DNA from: Candidatus Lustribacter sp.
GTDB taxonomy: Bacteria > Vulcanimicrobiota > Vulcanimicrobiia > Vulcanimicrobiales > Vulcanimicrobiaceae
Assembly: GCA_965277805.1 (NCBI GenBank)
Contig: OZ255842.1
Coordinates: 896,001-960,000 of the forward strand
Direction of reading: 5' to 3'
DNA: 64,000 bases
Shown: one piece after another, positions 28,246 to 38,000 of the stretch
How positions within the stretch are numbered: position 1 is the stretch's first letter
How the letters are laid out: every line of letters starts with the position of its first letter
Notes under the pieces: model-generated
What the model was told of the DNA's origin: nothing
Databases searched by the model: none
The model's input: the letters and a program-made list of their open reading frames with translations, nothing else
Position numbers and translations under genes: made by a program

Positions 28246-30198
28246 ATGTCGGTCAACCCGGCCGCCGTCAACGCGGCCGCCGCCAGCAATGCGGCCTCTA
28301 CGGCGGCCGTCGAGCAATTGATTGCGGCCGAGATCAGCGCGCTTGCCGCCGAAGCGCAGGCGCTGCAAGGCCAAGTCACTACCGGCCAAGTCGTTACCGC
28401 GCAAGTGCTGCCGCCGAACGGGCTCACCGATCTGATCCAGATTCTCGGCAATCGCGTCGCGGCCGCGCTGCCGCCGGGCCTGGCGCCGGGACAAACGTTC
28501 ACCGCACAAGTGACCGGTTTCGACGGGCCGCAGATCTTGCTGCAAGTCCTCAACACGATCGAGACGCCCGCCGGCTCGGCCGACGCGCCGCCGCCTGGTC
28601 TCGGCAATGCCGCATTACAAACGGGCGTTGACGAGCAGGCTCCGAGCGCGCTCGAGCTCGCGGCAACCCGCCCGATGTTGCCCGACGGCATCTCGCCGAG
28701 CATCGCACCGCCGCCCGCCGTCTTCGTGGCTGCGTCCGTGCGGCCGGCTCCCGGAGCGAATGCGCCGGCCGCGCCCGCCCCGGACCAAGGCCCCGTCACC
28801 TTACCGCCGCCGGCGCAAGTGCTCGCGCAGCCGCTCAACGGGCTTGCCGATATCGAAGCGCGCCTGGCCGCCGCGCGCGCGGGGGCCGTGAGTATCAACG
28901 TTCCGCAGGCTGCACCGGCGCCCGCGCCCGCGGCCGCACCCGGCGGTGCGCCGGTCAACTTGCCGCCCCCGCCGACCACATCGACGGCGGGCGCGCCGGT
29001 CGCCACCGCGTCGCCCAATGCCGTTCCGCAGCCGCCGCCGGTGATGTCCGGACGCTTCACGCTGCCGCCGCAAATCACACCCTCGGCGCGCTTTTCCGAA
29101 GCCGCGCCGCCGGCCGCGACCAACGCGCCGGCAGCCGCACCGCCGGCCCAGGCCGCGACCGGACTCGCGGCTCTCCGCGATCCGGCCGCGCTGATTCGCG
29201 CGTTGAATTTGCCGGTGACGCCGACCAACGTGGCCGCGGCGCAACTCGCGATCAACACGCCCCAACGGCTGCCGGCGGCGCTCGCCACGCTCGAGAGCGC
29301 GCTACCGGAAACCGACGATCCGCGCGTCGCGACGCTGCGCACGCTCTCCGCGTTCGTCAGCCGCATCGAGCCGTCGTCGCCGCAGCTGGCGGCGCAGATC
29401 TCGGCCTATGTCGACAACGTCGTTACCGGCAACGAGCCGAAGCTCGTGCAGTTGTTGAACGCGCAGCTCGCCGCGAATCAAGAGCCCGCTGCGCCGCCGC
29501 CCGCCGCGCCGGCCGGAGGCGCGACGCAAGGTTCTTCGCAAGCCGCTCCGTTGCCGCCGATCGTGCAGCAGCCGGCGCTGCCGGTGGTCGCGCTCGCGCA
29601 AGCTGCCGAACGCGGCGCGGCGCTTACCGCCGACTTGAAGACGCAATTGCTCGCGGTGATCAACGCGCCGCCGGCCGGCAGCGAAGAAGGCGCCCTCGTA
29701 CCTGCCGCATCGAGCGCGCTGAGCGCGATCACCGCCGTGCAGATGAACGCGGCACAAGCGATGAACGCGAACCCGCAAACGATGGCGTTCACCTTGCCGA
29801 TGTGGCTCGGCAACGGCTACGCGCAAGCGCATATCGCGATCGACCGCGATGCGCCCGAACCCGGCAATCGCAGTCTCGACGGCGACAACTTCCATATCGC
29901 CTTCGTGCTCGACACGAAGAACCTCGGCACCGTCACGGTCGACTTGCAGACGGTTGGCCGCGCGTTTTCGCTGGCGGTGAAAACGGAAAGCGAACCGTCG
30001 GCGAAACGCTTTGCCGATTCGCTGCCGACGCTGACCGATCGGCTGCAGAAGTTGCGCTACCGGGTGAATTCGGCCGAAGCAACGGTGGCTGCGCGCGGCG
30101 CGCAAGCTGCGGCGGCTGCCGCGGCCGCAGCGGCCCCGGCGATCGAGGAAACCCAGGATGATGACGGCATCGGCTCCGACGTGAACGTGCGCGCATGA
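28246..30198 (+). CDS. FliK-like (YlqG-like) low-complexity protein
   Basis: Ala/Pro-rich body; C-terminal FVLDTKNLGTVTVDL...L.DRLQKL resembles the FliK T3S4 domain; coupled to a FlhB-fragment gene. Confidence 0.6.
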   Translation: MSVNPAAVNAAAASNAASTAAVEQLIAAEISALAAEAQALQGQVTTGQVVTAQVLPPNGLTDLIQILGNRVAAALPPGLAPGQTFTAQVTGFDGPQILLQVLNTIETPAGSADAPPPGLGNAALQTGVDEQAPSALELAATRPMLPDGISPSIAPPPAVFVAASVRPAPGANAPAAPAPDQGPVTLPPPAQVLAQPLNGLADIEARLAAARAGAVSINVPQAAPAPAPAAAPGGAPVNLPPPPTTSTAGAPVATASPNAVPQPPPVMSGRFTLPPQITPSARFSEAAPPAATNAPAAAPPAQAATGLAALRDPAALIRALNLPVTPTNVAAAQLAINTPQRLPAALATLESALPETDDPRVATLRTLSAFVSRIEPSSPQLAAQISAYVDNVVTGNEPKLVQLLNAQLAANQEPAAPPPAAPAGGATQGSSQAAPLPPIVQQPALPVVALAQAAERGAALTADLKTQLLAVINAPPAGSEEGALVPAASSALSAITAVQMNAAQAMNANPQTMAFTLPMWLGNGYAQAHIAIDRDAPEPGNRSLDGDNFHIAFVLDTKNLGTVTVDLQTVGRAFSLAVKTESEPSAKRFADSLPTLTDRLQKLRYRVNSAEATVAARGAQAAAAAAAAAAPAIEETQDDDGIGSDVNVRA

Positions 30199-30503
30199 AC
30201 AACAACAGCGCCTACTACAATTCCCGGCGCAACGCGCCGCAACGTCCGGCCGCGGCGGCGATGTACTACGATCCGGCCGGCAGCGCGCCGCCCGAAATCA
30301 TCGCGACCGGGCAAGGGATGATCGCCGAGGAAATCGTCAACGCGGCGCGCGAGCACGGCATCCCGCTCCATCAGGATCCGGGTCTGGTGGAAGCGCTCTC
30401 CAAACTCGACATCGGCACGATGATCCCGCGCGAACTCTACGCCGTGGTCGCCGAAGTGCTCGCCTTCGTCTATTCCGTCGATACCGAGGCAGCAACAGGC
30501 TGA
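30195..30503 (+). CDS. Stand-alone FlhB C-terminal-like protein (YlqH/FlhX type)
   Basis: AAAMYYD..APPEIIATGQG..AEEI...AREHGIP...IPRELYAVVAEVLAFVY. Confidence 0.85.
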   Translation: MNNNSAYYNSRRNAPQRPAAAAMYYDPAGSAPPEIIATGQGMIAEEIVNAAREHGIPLHQDPGLVEALSKLDIGTMIPRELYAVVAEVLAFVYSVDTEAATG

Positions 30504-30524
30504 CGGCGAACCCGCATCACGGTC

Positions 30525-31439
30525 ATGTCGTGGTTCGATAAACTCAAGGCAAGCGTCACCCGGTCGCGCGATGCGCTGCTTGGTCTGGAAACGATGGCGC
30601 TCGCAAAGCGTCCGCTCGATGCCTCCTTCTGGGATGAATTCGAAGAGATCCTCATCGGTGCGGACTTCGGCTTCGCCACGACGGAGAAGATCGTGTCCGC
30701 ACTGCAGGGCGTGACGAAGCAAGACCGTTACCAGACGAGCGATCAGGTCATCGCGCGCTTCAAACGCGACGTGAAGAACTTCCTCACGCTGCCCGACATG
30801 GGCTTGCAGCTCGAACGCAAACCGGCCGTGATCCTCATCGTCGGCGTGAACGGCAGCGGCAAGACGACGACGATCGGCAAACTCGCGACCGCGATGAGAC
30901 GTAACCGGCGCAAGGTGCTGCTCGTGGCGGCGGATACGTTTCGCGCGGCGGCGGCGGAGCAGCTCACGATTTGGGCGGAGCGCGCGGGCGTGGAGATCGT
31001 GCGCGGGAACGAGGGCGCGGATCCGTCGTCGGTCGTCTTCGACGGCATGGTTGCGGCGAAGTCGCGCGGCTCCGACGTCGTTCTCGTCGACACGGCCGGC
31101 CGCTTACAAACCAAAACCAACCTGATGGAAGAGTTGAAGAAGATGCGCCGCGTGATCGAGCGCGAAACCGGCGCACCGCCGGCCGAAACGCTGCTCGTCC
31201 TCGACGGCACGACCGGGCAAAACGCGCTCTCGCAAGCGAAGCTCTTCAACGAAGCGACGCAACTCACGGGCGTCATCGTAACGAAGCTCGACTCAACCGC
31301 AAAGGGCGGCGTGCTCGTCGGCATCGTCGATCAGCTGACCGTGCCGATAAAATACATCGGCCTCGGAGAAACGGCCGACGCGCTGCAGCCCTTCAACCCC
31401 GACGATTTCACGAAAGCGCTGTTCGAACCGGCCGCCTAG
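30525..31439 (+). CDS. ftsY: Signal recognition particle receptor
   Basis: GVNGSGKTTT, DTFRAAA, DTAGR and TKLDSTAKGG. Confidence 0.97.
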   Translation: MSWFDKLKASVTRSRDALLGLETMALAKRPLDASFWDEFEEILIGADFGFATTEKIVSALQGVTKQDRYQTSDQVIARFKRDVKNFLTLPDMGLQLERKPAVILIVGVNGSGKTTTIGKLATAMRRNRRKVLLVAADTFRAAAAEQLTIWAERAGVEIVRGNEGADPSSVVFDGMVAAKSRGSDVVLVDTAGRLQTKTNLMEELKKMRRVIERETGAPPAETLLVLDGTTGQNALSQAKLFNEATQLTGVIVTKLDSTAKGGVLVGIVDQLTVPIKYIGLGETADALQPFNPDDFTKALFEPAA

Positions 31440-31477
31440 ACCAAGGGGCCGCGCGCCCGAGCGGGCAAGCCCAATCC

Positions 31478-33157
31478 ATGACGATACTCAGTCGCAGGCT
31501 CGCCTTGTTGCTGCCGGTCGTGGCCGTCGGCCTGTCGCTGGAACTCGCGACCGCGCTGCACGCACAATCGGGTCCGCCGGCGGCGCTCGCCGGACACGTT
31601 CGTTCGGCGGCCGAAGGCCGGATGGAAGGGGTGCTCGTCACCGCGCGCAAGCCGGGATCGAACATCGCGGTCACGGTGGTCACCGACGCGCGCGGAACGT
31701 ACCGCTTCCCCGCTTCGCACTTGGCGCCGGGGACCTACCGACTGAGCATTCGCGCCGCCGGCTACGATCTTGCCGCCACGCCGGCCGTTATGGTTGATGC
31801 CGGGAAAACGGCGAACGACGATCTGCGGCTCGTCCCGGCGAAAGATCTCGAAGATCAGGTTTCCAACGGCGAGTGGATGACCAGCATGCCGGCCACCGAC
31901 GCGCAACGCGTCGAAATGCTCGCGTGCACCCAGTGCCACACGCTGCAGCGGGTCGTCGACTCGTATCACACCGCCGCAGAATGGCGTGACGTCGTGTTGC
32001 CGCGAATGGCGGGATACATCATCCAGAGCTTTTGGCTCAAGCCCCAAGCGTACACCACCGGACGCTCGAATCAGTCAAGCAGTTTCGGGTCCGATCTGCC
32101 GGAGTTCTTGGCGAGTATCAATCAGAGTTCGGGGCCGCGCAAATGGCCGGTCAAGACGTTCCCGCGGCTCACCGGCGCGTCGACGCACGTCGTCATCACG
32201 CAGTACGACATTCCCGATCGTCTCGCGCAGCCGCATGACGTTACGGGCACGCCCGACGGCACGATTTGGTTTTCGGATTTCGGCCAGCAATACATCGGCA
32301 AGCTGAATCCGCGAACCGGTGCGGTCACGCAGATTCCGGTTCCCCAGAGCAAACCCGGTCACTTTACCGGTTCGCTCGACATCGAAGCGGATCAGAGCGG
32401 CGATCTGTGGCTCGCGAACCAATATCAAGGCGCGATCGAACGCTACGATCCCAAGACGAACACGTTCGCGCAATGGGTGATGCCGCCGGGCGATCATCCG
32501 GACTTCACGCAAGATTCGATGGTCGCGCCGGACCACAGCAACGTCGACGGCAAAGTCTGGACCAACAATCAGGACACGCGCACGTTCTGGCAACTCGATC
32601 CGGCCACCGGGAAGTGGAACTCGTTCGGCCCGCTGCTCTATCCGAATACGAAGACGGTGTTCCGGGCCTACGGCCTGGTCTCGGACCTCAACAATTCGCT
32701 CTGGCTGTTCGACTTCGGTGCGTCGGCAATCGCGCATCTCGACCCGAAGACCGGCGCGTTCAAATTGATCCCGACGCCGACGCCGAATTCGCATCCGCGG
32801 CGCGGCCGCGTCGACGACCGGACGGGGCTCGTGTGGTTTGCCGAGTTCGCTGCAAACCGCCTCGGGTCGTACGACACCAAAGCCGATGACGGCCACATCA
32901 CCGAATACGTGATGCCGACACCGTGGGATGCGCCCTATGACGCCGTTGCCGACAAGAACGGCAACGTGTGGACCGGCTCGATGGTCACCGACCGCGTCTC
33001 ACGCCTCGATCCCGCCACCGGCCGCGTCATCGAGTATCAGTTGCCCACGAGCACGAACATCCGCCGCGTGTGGGTCGACAACAGCACGAACCCGGTGACC
33101 CTCTGGACGGGCAGCAACCACTACGCCGACATCCTCCGAATCGAACCGCTCCCGTAA
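31478..33157 (+). CDS. Secreted carboxypeptidase-regulatory-like + cytochrome c + Vgb-like beta-propeller protein
   Basis: Signal peptide; EGVLVTA..TDARGTYRF..PGTYRLSIRAAGY; CTQCH heme motif; repeated DG.[IV]WF/W blades. Confidence 0.8.
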   Translation: MTILSRRLALLLPVVAVGLSLELATALHAQSGPPAALAGHVRSAAEGRMEGVLVTARKPGSNIAVTVVTDARGTYRFPASHLAPGTYRLSIRAAGYDLAATPAVMVDAGKTANDDLRLVPAKDLEDQVSNGEWMTSMPATDAQRVEMLACTQCHTLQRVVDSYHTAAEWRDVVLPRMAGYIIQSFWLKPQAYTTGRSNQSSSFGSDLPEFLASINQSSGPRKWPVKTFPRLTGASTHVVITQYDIPDRLAQPHDVTGTPDGTIWFSDFGQQYIGKLNPRTGAVTQIPVPQSKPGHFTGSLDIEADQSGDLWLANQYQGAIERYDPKTNTFAQWVMPPGDHPDFTQDSMVAPDHSNVDGKVWTNNQDTRTFWQLDPATGKWNSFGPLLYPNTKTVFRAYGLVSDLNNSLWLFDFGASAIAHLDPKTGAFKLIPTPTPNSHPRRGRVDDRTGLVWFAEFAANRLGSYDTKADDGHITEYVMPTPWDAPYDAVADKNGNVWTGSMVTDRVSRLDPATGRVIEYQLPTSTNIRRVWVDNSTNPVTLWTGSNHYADILRIEPLP

Positions 33158-33399
33158 CAACGGGTGAGCCATTGCTCGAACTCGGCGAGACCGTGCGGTT
33201 CGAGCGCATACATGCGGCGCTGCGCATCGTTGCGCACGCGCACCAAGTCGGCGTTGCGCAAGATCTTCAGGTGCTGTGAGACGGCGGGCGGCGTCATGTC
33301 GAAGCGGCGGGCGATTTCGCCGGCCGCGAGTTCGCGTTCGGACAGCATTTCGAGGATGCGGCGGCGCGTGGGGTCGGCTAGGGCTTCGAATGCGTCCAA
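33121..33399 (-). CDS. ArsR/SmtB family regulator, possibly 3'-truncated
   Basis: FEALADPTRRRILEML..AGEIA.RF..PAVSQHLKILR; TTG start; tail overlaps the convergent gene by 37 nt. Confidence 0.8.
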   Translation of the reverse strand: MDAFEALADPTRRRILEMLSERELAAGEIARRFDMTPPAVSQHLKILRNADLVRVRNDAQRRMYALEPHGLAEFEQWLTRCYGSGSIRRMSA

Positions 33400-33407
33400 C
33401 GGTGGCG

Positions 33408-33431
33408 GTCCCTCGACAAGCTCTGGATGAC
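33408..33431 (+). repeat. REP-like dispersed repeat
   Basis: GTCCCTCGACAAGCTCTGGATGAC. Confidence 0.6.
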
Positions 33432-33487
33432 GGTGCGGCTATATTATGGTAGTGGCTTAAATAAGTAAAGTCTTTCGGATATGATGC

Positions 33488-33505
33488 ATCGAACACAGGT
33501 TCGAT
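33488..33505. promoter_or_regulatory. LexA SOS box (Cheo type) upstream of recA
   Basis: ATCGAAC-ACAG-GTTCGAT matches TCGAAC-N4-GTTCGA. Confidence 0.9.
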
Positions 33506-33650
33506 TGCTGAGCGGGGCGAACGGGGGAATTAATGACGCGCGTCCTTCGGAGCCTGCGCTAAAGCAGAGCGAAGGGTGTGCCACGCAGATGGCACTCAGG
33601 CGCGATACTGTCGGTTGCGTACTCAAACACGCAATCGGAAACGGAGCATC

Positions 33651-34712
33651 ATGGCCGACGAAAAAGCAGCCGCCCTGACCAACGCCCTCGCGCAGATCGA
33701 GCGGCAATTCGGTAAGGGATCCATCATGAAGATGGGCGAGATCCAGGAGCGGATGGCGTTCGACGTCATCTCGTCCGGATCGATCGCCCTCGACCTCGCG
33801 CTCGGGGTCGGCGGATTTCCCCGCGGGCGCATCATCGAAATCTACGGACCGGAATCGAGCGGTAAGACGACGCTGGCACTGCACGTCATTGCCGAAGCGC
33901 AGAAGAACGGCGGCACCGCTGCCTTCATCGATGTCGAGCATGCGCTCGATCCGGCGTACGCGCAGAATTTGGGCATCGATCTCGACAACTTGCTCGTGTC
34001 GCAGCCGGATGCCGGCGAACAGGCGCTCGACATCGCTGAGATGCTCGTGCGTTCGAATGCGGTCGACGTCGTCGTGCTCGACTCGGTCGCGGCGCTCGTC
34101 ACCAAGGCTGAACTCGAAGGCGACATGGGCGATACGCATGTCGGACTTCAAGCGCGGCTGATGTCGCAGGCGCTGCGCAAACTCACTTCGGCGATCTCGC
34201 GTTCGAAGTGCGTGATGATCTTCATCAACCAACTGCGCGAGAAGATCGGCGTCATGTTCGGCAGCCCCGAAACGACCTCGGGCGGCCGCGCGCTGAAGTT
34301 CTACGCCTCGATTCGCATCGACATTCGCAAGCTCGAGCAGATCAAGGTCGGGCAGGATGTCGTCGGGTCGCGGACGCGGGCGAAAGTCGTTAAAAATAAG
34401 GTAGCGCCGCCGTTCCGGCAGGCCGAGTTCGACATTACGTACGGGCGCGGGATCTCGAAGATGGGTTCCATTCTCGACGTGGCGCTCGAGCGGAACTTTG
34501 TCGGTAAGAGCGGGTCGTGGTACACCTACGGCGAGTCGCGGATCGGTCAAGGGCGCGAGAACGCCAAGGCCTATCTCGAAGAGCACAGCGATGTTGCGGA
34601 CGAGCTGGAGTTCAAGATCCGGGAGGCCCTGAAGGCGAGCGGGTCGCCGAACGGGTCGGCGAAGCCGGTTGGGGTCGGAGCCGCTGCGGTTGACGACGCG
34701 GACGACGACTAG
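33651..34712 (+). CDS. recA: Recombinase A
   Basis: [19 protein letters not shown] and [10 protein letters not shown]. Confidence 0.99.
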   Translation: MADEKAAALTNALAQIERQFGKGSIMKMGEIQERMAFDVISSGSIALDLALGVGGFPRGRIIEIYGPESSGKTTLALHVIAEAQKNGGTAAFIDVEHALDPAYAQNLGIDLDNLLVSQPDAGEQALDIAEMLVRSNAVDVVVLDSVAALVTKAELEGDMGDTHVGLQARLMSQALRKLTSAISRSKCVMIFINQLREKIGVMFGSPETTSGGRALKFYASIRIDIRKLEQIKVGQDVVGSRTRAKVVKNKVAPPFRQAEFDITYGRGISKMGSILDVALERNFVGKSGSWYTYGESRIGQGRENAKAYLEEHSDVADELEFKIREALKASGSPNGSAKPVGVGAAAVDDADDD

Positions 34713-35175
34713 CACCAGGACGGCTCGGGTGGCGGCGCTGGCGATTCTCGCGCAGCGCCGGCTCACCGAAGCCCAACTCTGGAAAAAACTCGAGGCTCGC
34801 GGGTACGAGCACGAGGAGATCGCTGAAGCAGTGGCTTCGTGCAAGGCGAACGGTTACGTCGACGACCGTTTGTACGCATCGCTCTATGTCGAGGGTGCGC
34901 GCAAAGCGGTTGGGGATGCGCGGCTGTGTGCCGATCTCGTCAAGCGCGGGATCGATCGTGAGGCGGCGCTGACCATTCTCGCCGGCGCTGAGGTTGATGA
35001 AGAAGGGCGGATCGAAGCCGCGTACCTGAAGATTCGGCGGATTGGGCCACAGCTGGCCTATCCGACGATCGCGCGGAAACTCGAGCGGCTTGGATTTCCG
35101 TCGAGCCTCATCTATCGGACGCTGCGGAAGCACGCCGCCGGCGAGCTGGGCGACCTGGTCCGCGAGCCCGGCTGA
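34690..35175 (+). CDS. recX: RecX regulator (start uncertain, 34690 or 34729)
   Basis: [22 protein letters not shown] and LERLGF; follows recA. Confidence 0.85.
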   Translation: MTTRTTTSTRTARVAALAILAQRRLTEAQLWKKLEARGYEHEEIAEAVASCKANGYVDDRLYASLYVEGARKAVGDARLCADLVKRGIDREAALTILAGAEVDEEGRIEAAYLKIRRIGPQLAYPTIARKLERLGFPSSLIYRTLRKHAAGELGDLVREPG

Positions 35176-35233
35176 TACGGCTCCGAGGCCGCCGAGGGGA
35201 GTCGATTCGCCGGAGGCTAAAGGGCCCTAACCG

Positions 35234-36547
35234 ATGCGTTTTAGAATCGCGCGGTTCGTTGCGGCAATCGCCTTTGCCGTTATCGTGATCGCGCAGAACG
35301 CGTCGGCGCTGGAACTCGATTCGATCGCCAAGGCCGCGGCGAATTACACCAACCCCGATGCCAAGCTCCAAGCTATGTACCGTGCCGCGCTGCTCAACAC
35401 GAGCCGGCAGGCAACGATCGCAAGCGACGGCACCGCCTACGTGAAGACGGGCGACATTCCGGCTGAATGGCTCCGCGATGCAAGCGCACAAGTGCGCCCG
35501 TACCTGTACTACGCCAAGAGCGATCCGCAAGTTGCGCAATTGCTGCGCGAGATGATCGCGCGCATGGGCAAGTACCTGCAGATCGATCCCTACGCCAATG
35601 CGTTCACGCTCGACTATCGCGTGTGGGAAGAAAAGTTCGAGCTCGACTCGCTCGCCTATCCGATCACGCTGGCCTGGACGTACTGGAAAGAAACCGGCGA
35701 TACGTCGATCTTCACCGCCGATCTCTCGCTCGGCTTCGACAGAGCGCTCGAGACGATGGAGCGCGAGCAAGATCACGCCAAGAACTCCACCTACACGCAC
35801 AAGGAAATCCCGCAAGCCGGCAAAGGCAATCCGGTCAAGTATACGGGGATGATCTGGACCGGGTTCCGGCCCTCCGACGATGCGTGCACCTACAACTTCC
35901 TCATTCCTTCGGAGATGATGGCGGTCGTGGCGCTGGGCGAACTCGACGAGATCGAGCGCGACGTCTACCACAACTTGCTCAAGTCGCATCGCGCTTCATC
36001 GCTGCGCGACGAAGTGCAGACCGGCATCCAGACCTACGGCGTGGTCTTCACGCCCAACTACGGTTACGTCTACGCCTACGAAGTCGACGGACTCAACCAT
36101 GCGAACCTGATGGACGACGCCAACATCCCGAGCCTCTTGTCGGCGCCGTACATCGGCTACACGAAGGCAACGAGTTTCATCTACGCCAACACGCGCCGGT
36201 TTTTGCTCTCAAAAGACAATCCGACGTACTATAGTGGTAAGCTGGCAAGCGGGATCGGGTCGCCGCACACCAACGATGGCTGGGTGTGGCCGCTGGCGAT
36301 GCTGATGCAAGGCTTCACTGCAACGACGGAAAGCGAAAAGCGCGATGTCCTCAACCAGCTGCTCAACTCCGATCCCGGCGACCATCTGTTGCACGAATCG
36401 TTCGATCCGGACGATCCGGCCCGTTACTCGCGCGTCGACTTCGGTTGGCCCAACGCGCTGTTCAGTGAGTATGTCATGACGAATTTTTCAGGCGTTCCGC
36501 CGCTACCGGTGGGCTCGACCGCGGACTTGGATTTCCGTGGCGAATAA
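35234..36547 (+). CDS. Glycoside hydrolase family 125 (exo-alpha-1,6-mannosidase-like), secreted
   Basis: TGDIPAEWLRD, EKFELDSL, GFRPSDDA, YAYEVDG, DDANIPSLL and F.WPNALF. Confidence 0.9.
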   Translation: MRFRIARFVAAIAFAVIVIAQNASALELDSIAKAAANYTNPDAKLQAMYRAALLNTSRQATIASDGTAYVKTGDIPAEWLRDASAQVRPYLYYAKSDPQVAQLLREMIARMGKYLQIDPYANAFTLDYRVWEEKFELDSLAYPITLAWTYWKETGDTSIFTADLSLGFDRALETMEREQDHAKNSTYTHKEIPQAGKGNPVKYTGMIWTGFRPSDDACTYNFLIPSEMMAVVALGELDEIERDVYHNLLKSHRASSLRDEVQTGIQTYGVVFTPNYGYVYAYEVDGLNHANLMDDANIPSLLSAPYIGYTKATSFIYANTRRFLLSKDNPTYYSGKLASGIGSPHTNDGWVWPLAMLMQGFTATTESEKRDVLNQLLNSDPGDHLLHESFDPDDPARYSRVDFGWPNALFSEYVMTNFSGVPPLPVGSTADLDFRGE

Positions 36548-37841
36548 CAACGTGCTGCTCCCGCCGATCGAGCACAAACGCGCGGGCGGTGTCGACATCG
36601 TGCTCGGCATCCAATGGGGCGATGAGGGCAAGGGCCGCGTCATCGACTTGCTGGCGAAAGACTACGCGATCGTCGCGCGCTTCGGCGGCGGCGACAATGC
36701 CGGACATTCGATTGAGGTCGGCGATCGCAAGCTCGCGCTGCGCATCGTGCCCTCGGGCGCGCTCGTGCCGAGTGCCAAGCTGCACGTCGGCGCCGGGACC
36801 GTGATCTCGCTGAAGACGCTGATCGGCGAACTCGACGCGCTCGGCAAAATCGGCGTCGACGTCTCGCGCATCTCGATCTCCGATCGCGCGCAGGTCGTGT
36901 TCCCGTTCCATGCCGCCGTCGATCAAGCGATGGAACGTGCCCGCGGCGGATCGGCGATCGGCACGACCGGGCGCGGCATCGGACCGGCCTACGTCGACCG
37001 CGTGGGGCGCATCGGCATCACCGTCGGCGACCTGCGCGATCCGGGTGTGCTCACCGGCAAGATCCAGCAGTCCATGCAGGCTAAGGCGGCGCTGCTGGCC
37101 GGCGTGCCGGATGCGCCGAGCGAGCATGACGTCATCGCCGAGACCTTGGCCGCGGCACAGCGGCTGCTCCCGCACGTCGTCGACGGCGTCGACTATATCA
37201 ATGAAGCGCTCGAGCGCGGCGACAACATCCTGGCCGAGGGCGCGCAGGGCACGTTGCTGGACGTCACCTACGGTTCGTATCCCTACGTCACGAGCTCATC
37301 GACGATCGCGGGCGGGGCCTGCATCGGTCTCGGCATCGGGCCGGGCGCGGTACGCTCGGTCACCGGCGTCGTGAAGGCGTACTGCACGCGGGTCGGCGGC
37401 GGGCCGTTCCCCTCGGAGCTGCCCGACGCCGAGGCTAATGCGCTGCGGGAAGCCGGGCGCGAGTTCGGGGTCGTCACCGGTCGCCCGCGCCGCTGCGGTT
37501 GGTTCGACGCGGTGACCGCTAGGTATGCTGCCCGACTCAACGGGCTCGACCGGCTGATCGTCACCAAGCTCGACGTCCTCAGCGGCCTCGACCGGGTGGG
37601 CCTCGTCACCGGCTACAAGCACGCCGACGGCACCCCCGCCGGGGTCGAGTCGATGGGCGAGCCCGGTCTCCAGACCGAGATCGAATACCATCCCGGGTGG
37701 TCGGAAAATGTGCGCGACGTCAAGGAAGTCAAAAATTTACCAAGTGCTGCGCGGGCATATCTGGACCGGTTGGCAAATGTAACCGGAGTACCGGTCGCTC
37801 TGGTCTCTGTAGGACCTGAGCGAACGGCATTTGCGGCGTGA
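36537..37841 (+). CDS. purA: Adenylosuccinate synthetase
   Basis: QWGDEGKG, IGTTGRGIGPAY, EGAQG, TGRPRRCGWFD and TKLDVL. Confidence 0.97.
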   Translation: MANNNVLLPPIEHKRAGGVDIVLGIQWGDEGKGRVIDLLAKDYAIVARFGGGDNAGHSIEVGDRKLALRIVPSGALVPSAKLHVGAGTVISLKTLIGELDALGKIGVDVSRISISDRAQVVFPFHAAVDQAMERARGGSAIGTTGRGIGPAYVDRVGRIGITVGDLRDPGVLTGKIQQSMQAKAALLAGVPDAPSEHDVIAETLAAAQRLLPHVVDGVDYINEALERGDNILAEGAQGTLLDVTYGSYPYVTSSSTIAGGACIGLGIGPGAVRSVTGVVKAYCTRVGGGPFPSELPDAEANALREAGREFGVVTGRPRRCGWFDAVTARYAARLNGLDRLIVTKLDVLSGLDRVGLVTGYKHADGTPAGVESMGEPGLQTEIEYHPGWSENVRDVKEVKNLPSAARAYLDRLANVTGVPVALVSVGPERTAFAA

Positions 37842-37876
37842 CGGGTGAGCACGCTTCTCTTGTAGAGTAGATAACG

Positions 37877-37904
37877 TAAAGCTAGTGGACGTGAAGGCCG
37901 ATAG
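37877..37904 (+). promoter_or_regulatory. Sigma-28 promoter upstream of fliF
   Basis: TAAA-N16-GCCGATAG. Confidence 0.75.
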
Positions 37905-38000
37905 TATCCCTAGGCTCCGAAGCCGGGCATGGATGCTTGGTAACTTCACTTGCCACGGCGGGCGCAACCACGAGATTCCGCAGAGTCCCGAAGGTGTCAA

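Noticed and set aside
31343-31350. GCCGATAA/GCCGATAT hits inside ftsY, motB and fliN as further sigma-28 promoters
   Set aside because: Intragenic and without a TAAA-like -35 at 16-nt spacing.
30971-31477. N-terminal extension of the 728-aa ORF
   Set aside because: Overlaps ftsY out of frame; the signal peptide begins at ATG 31478.
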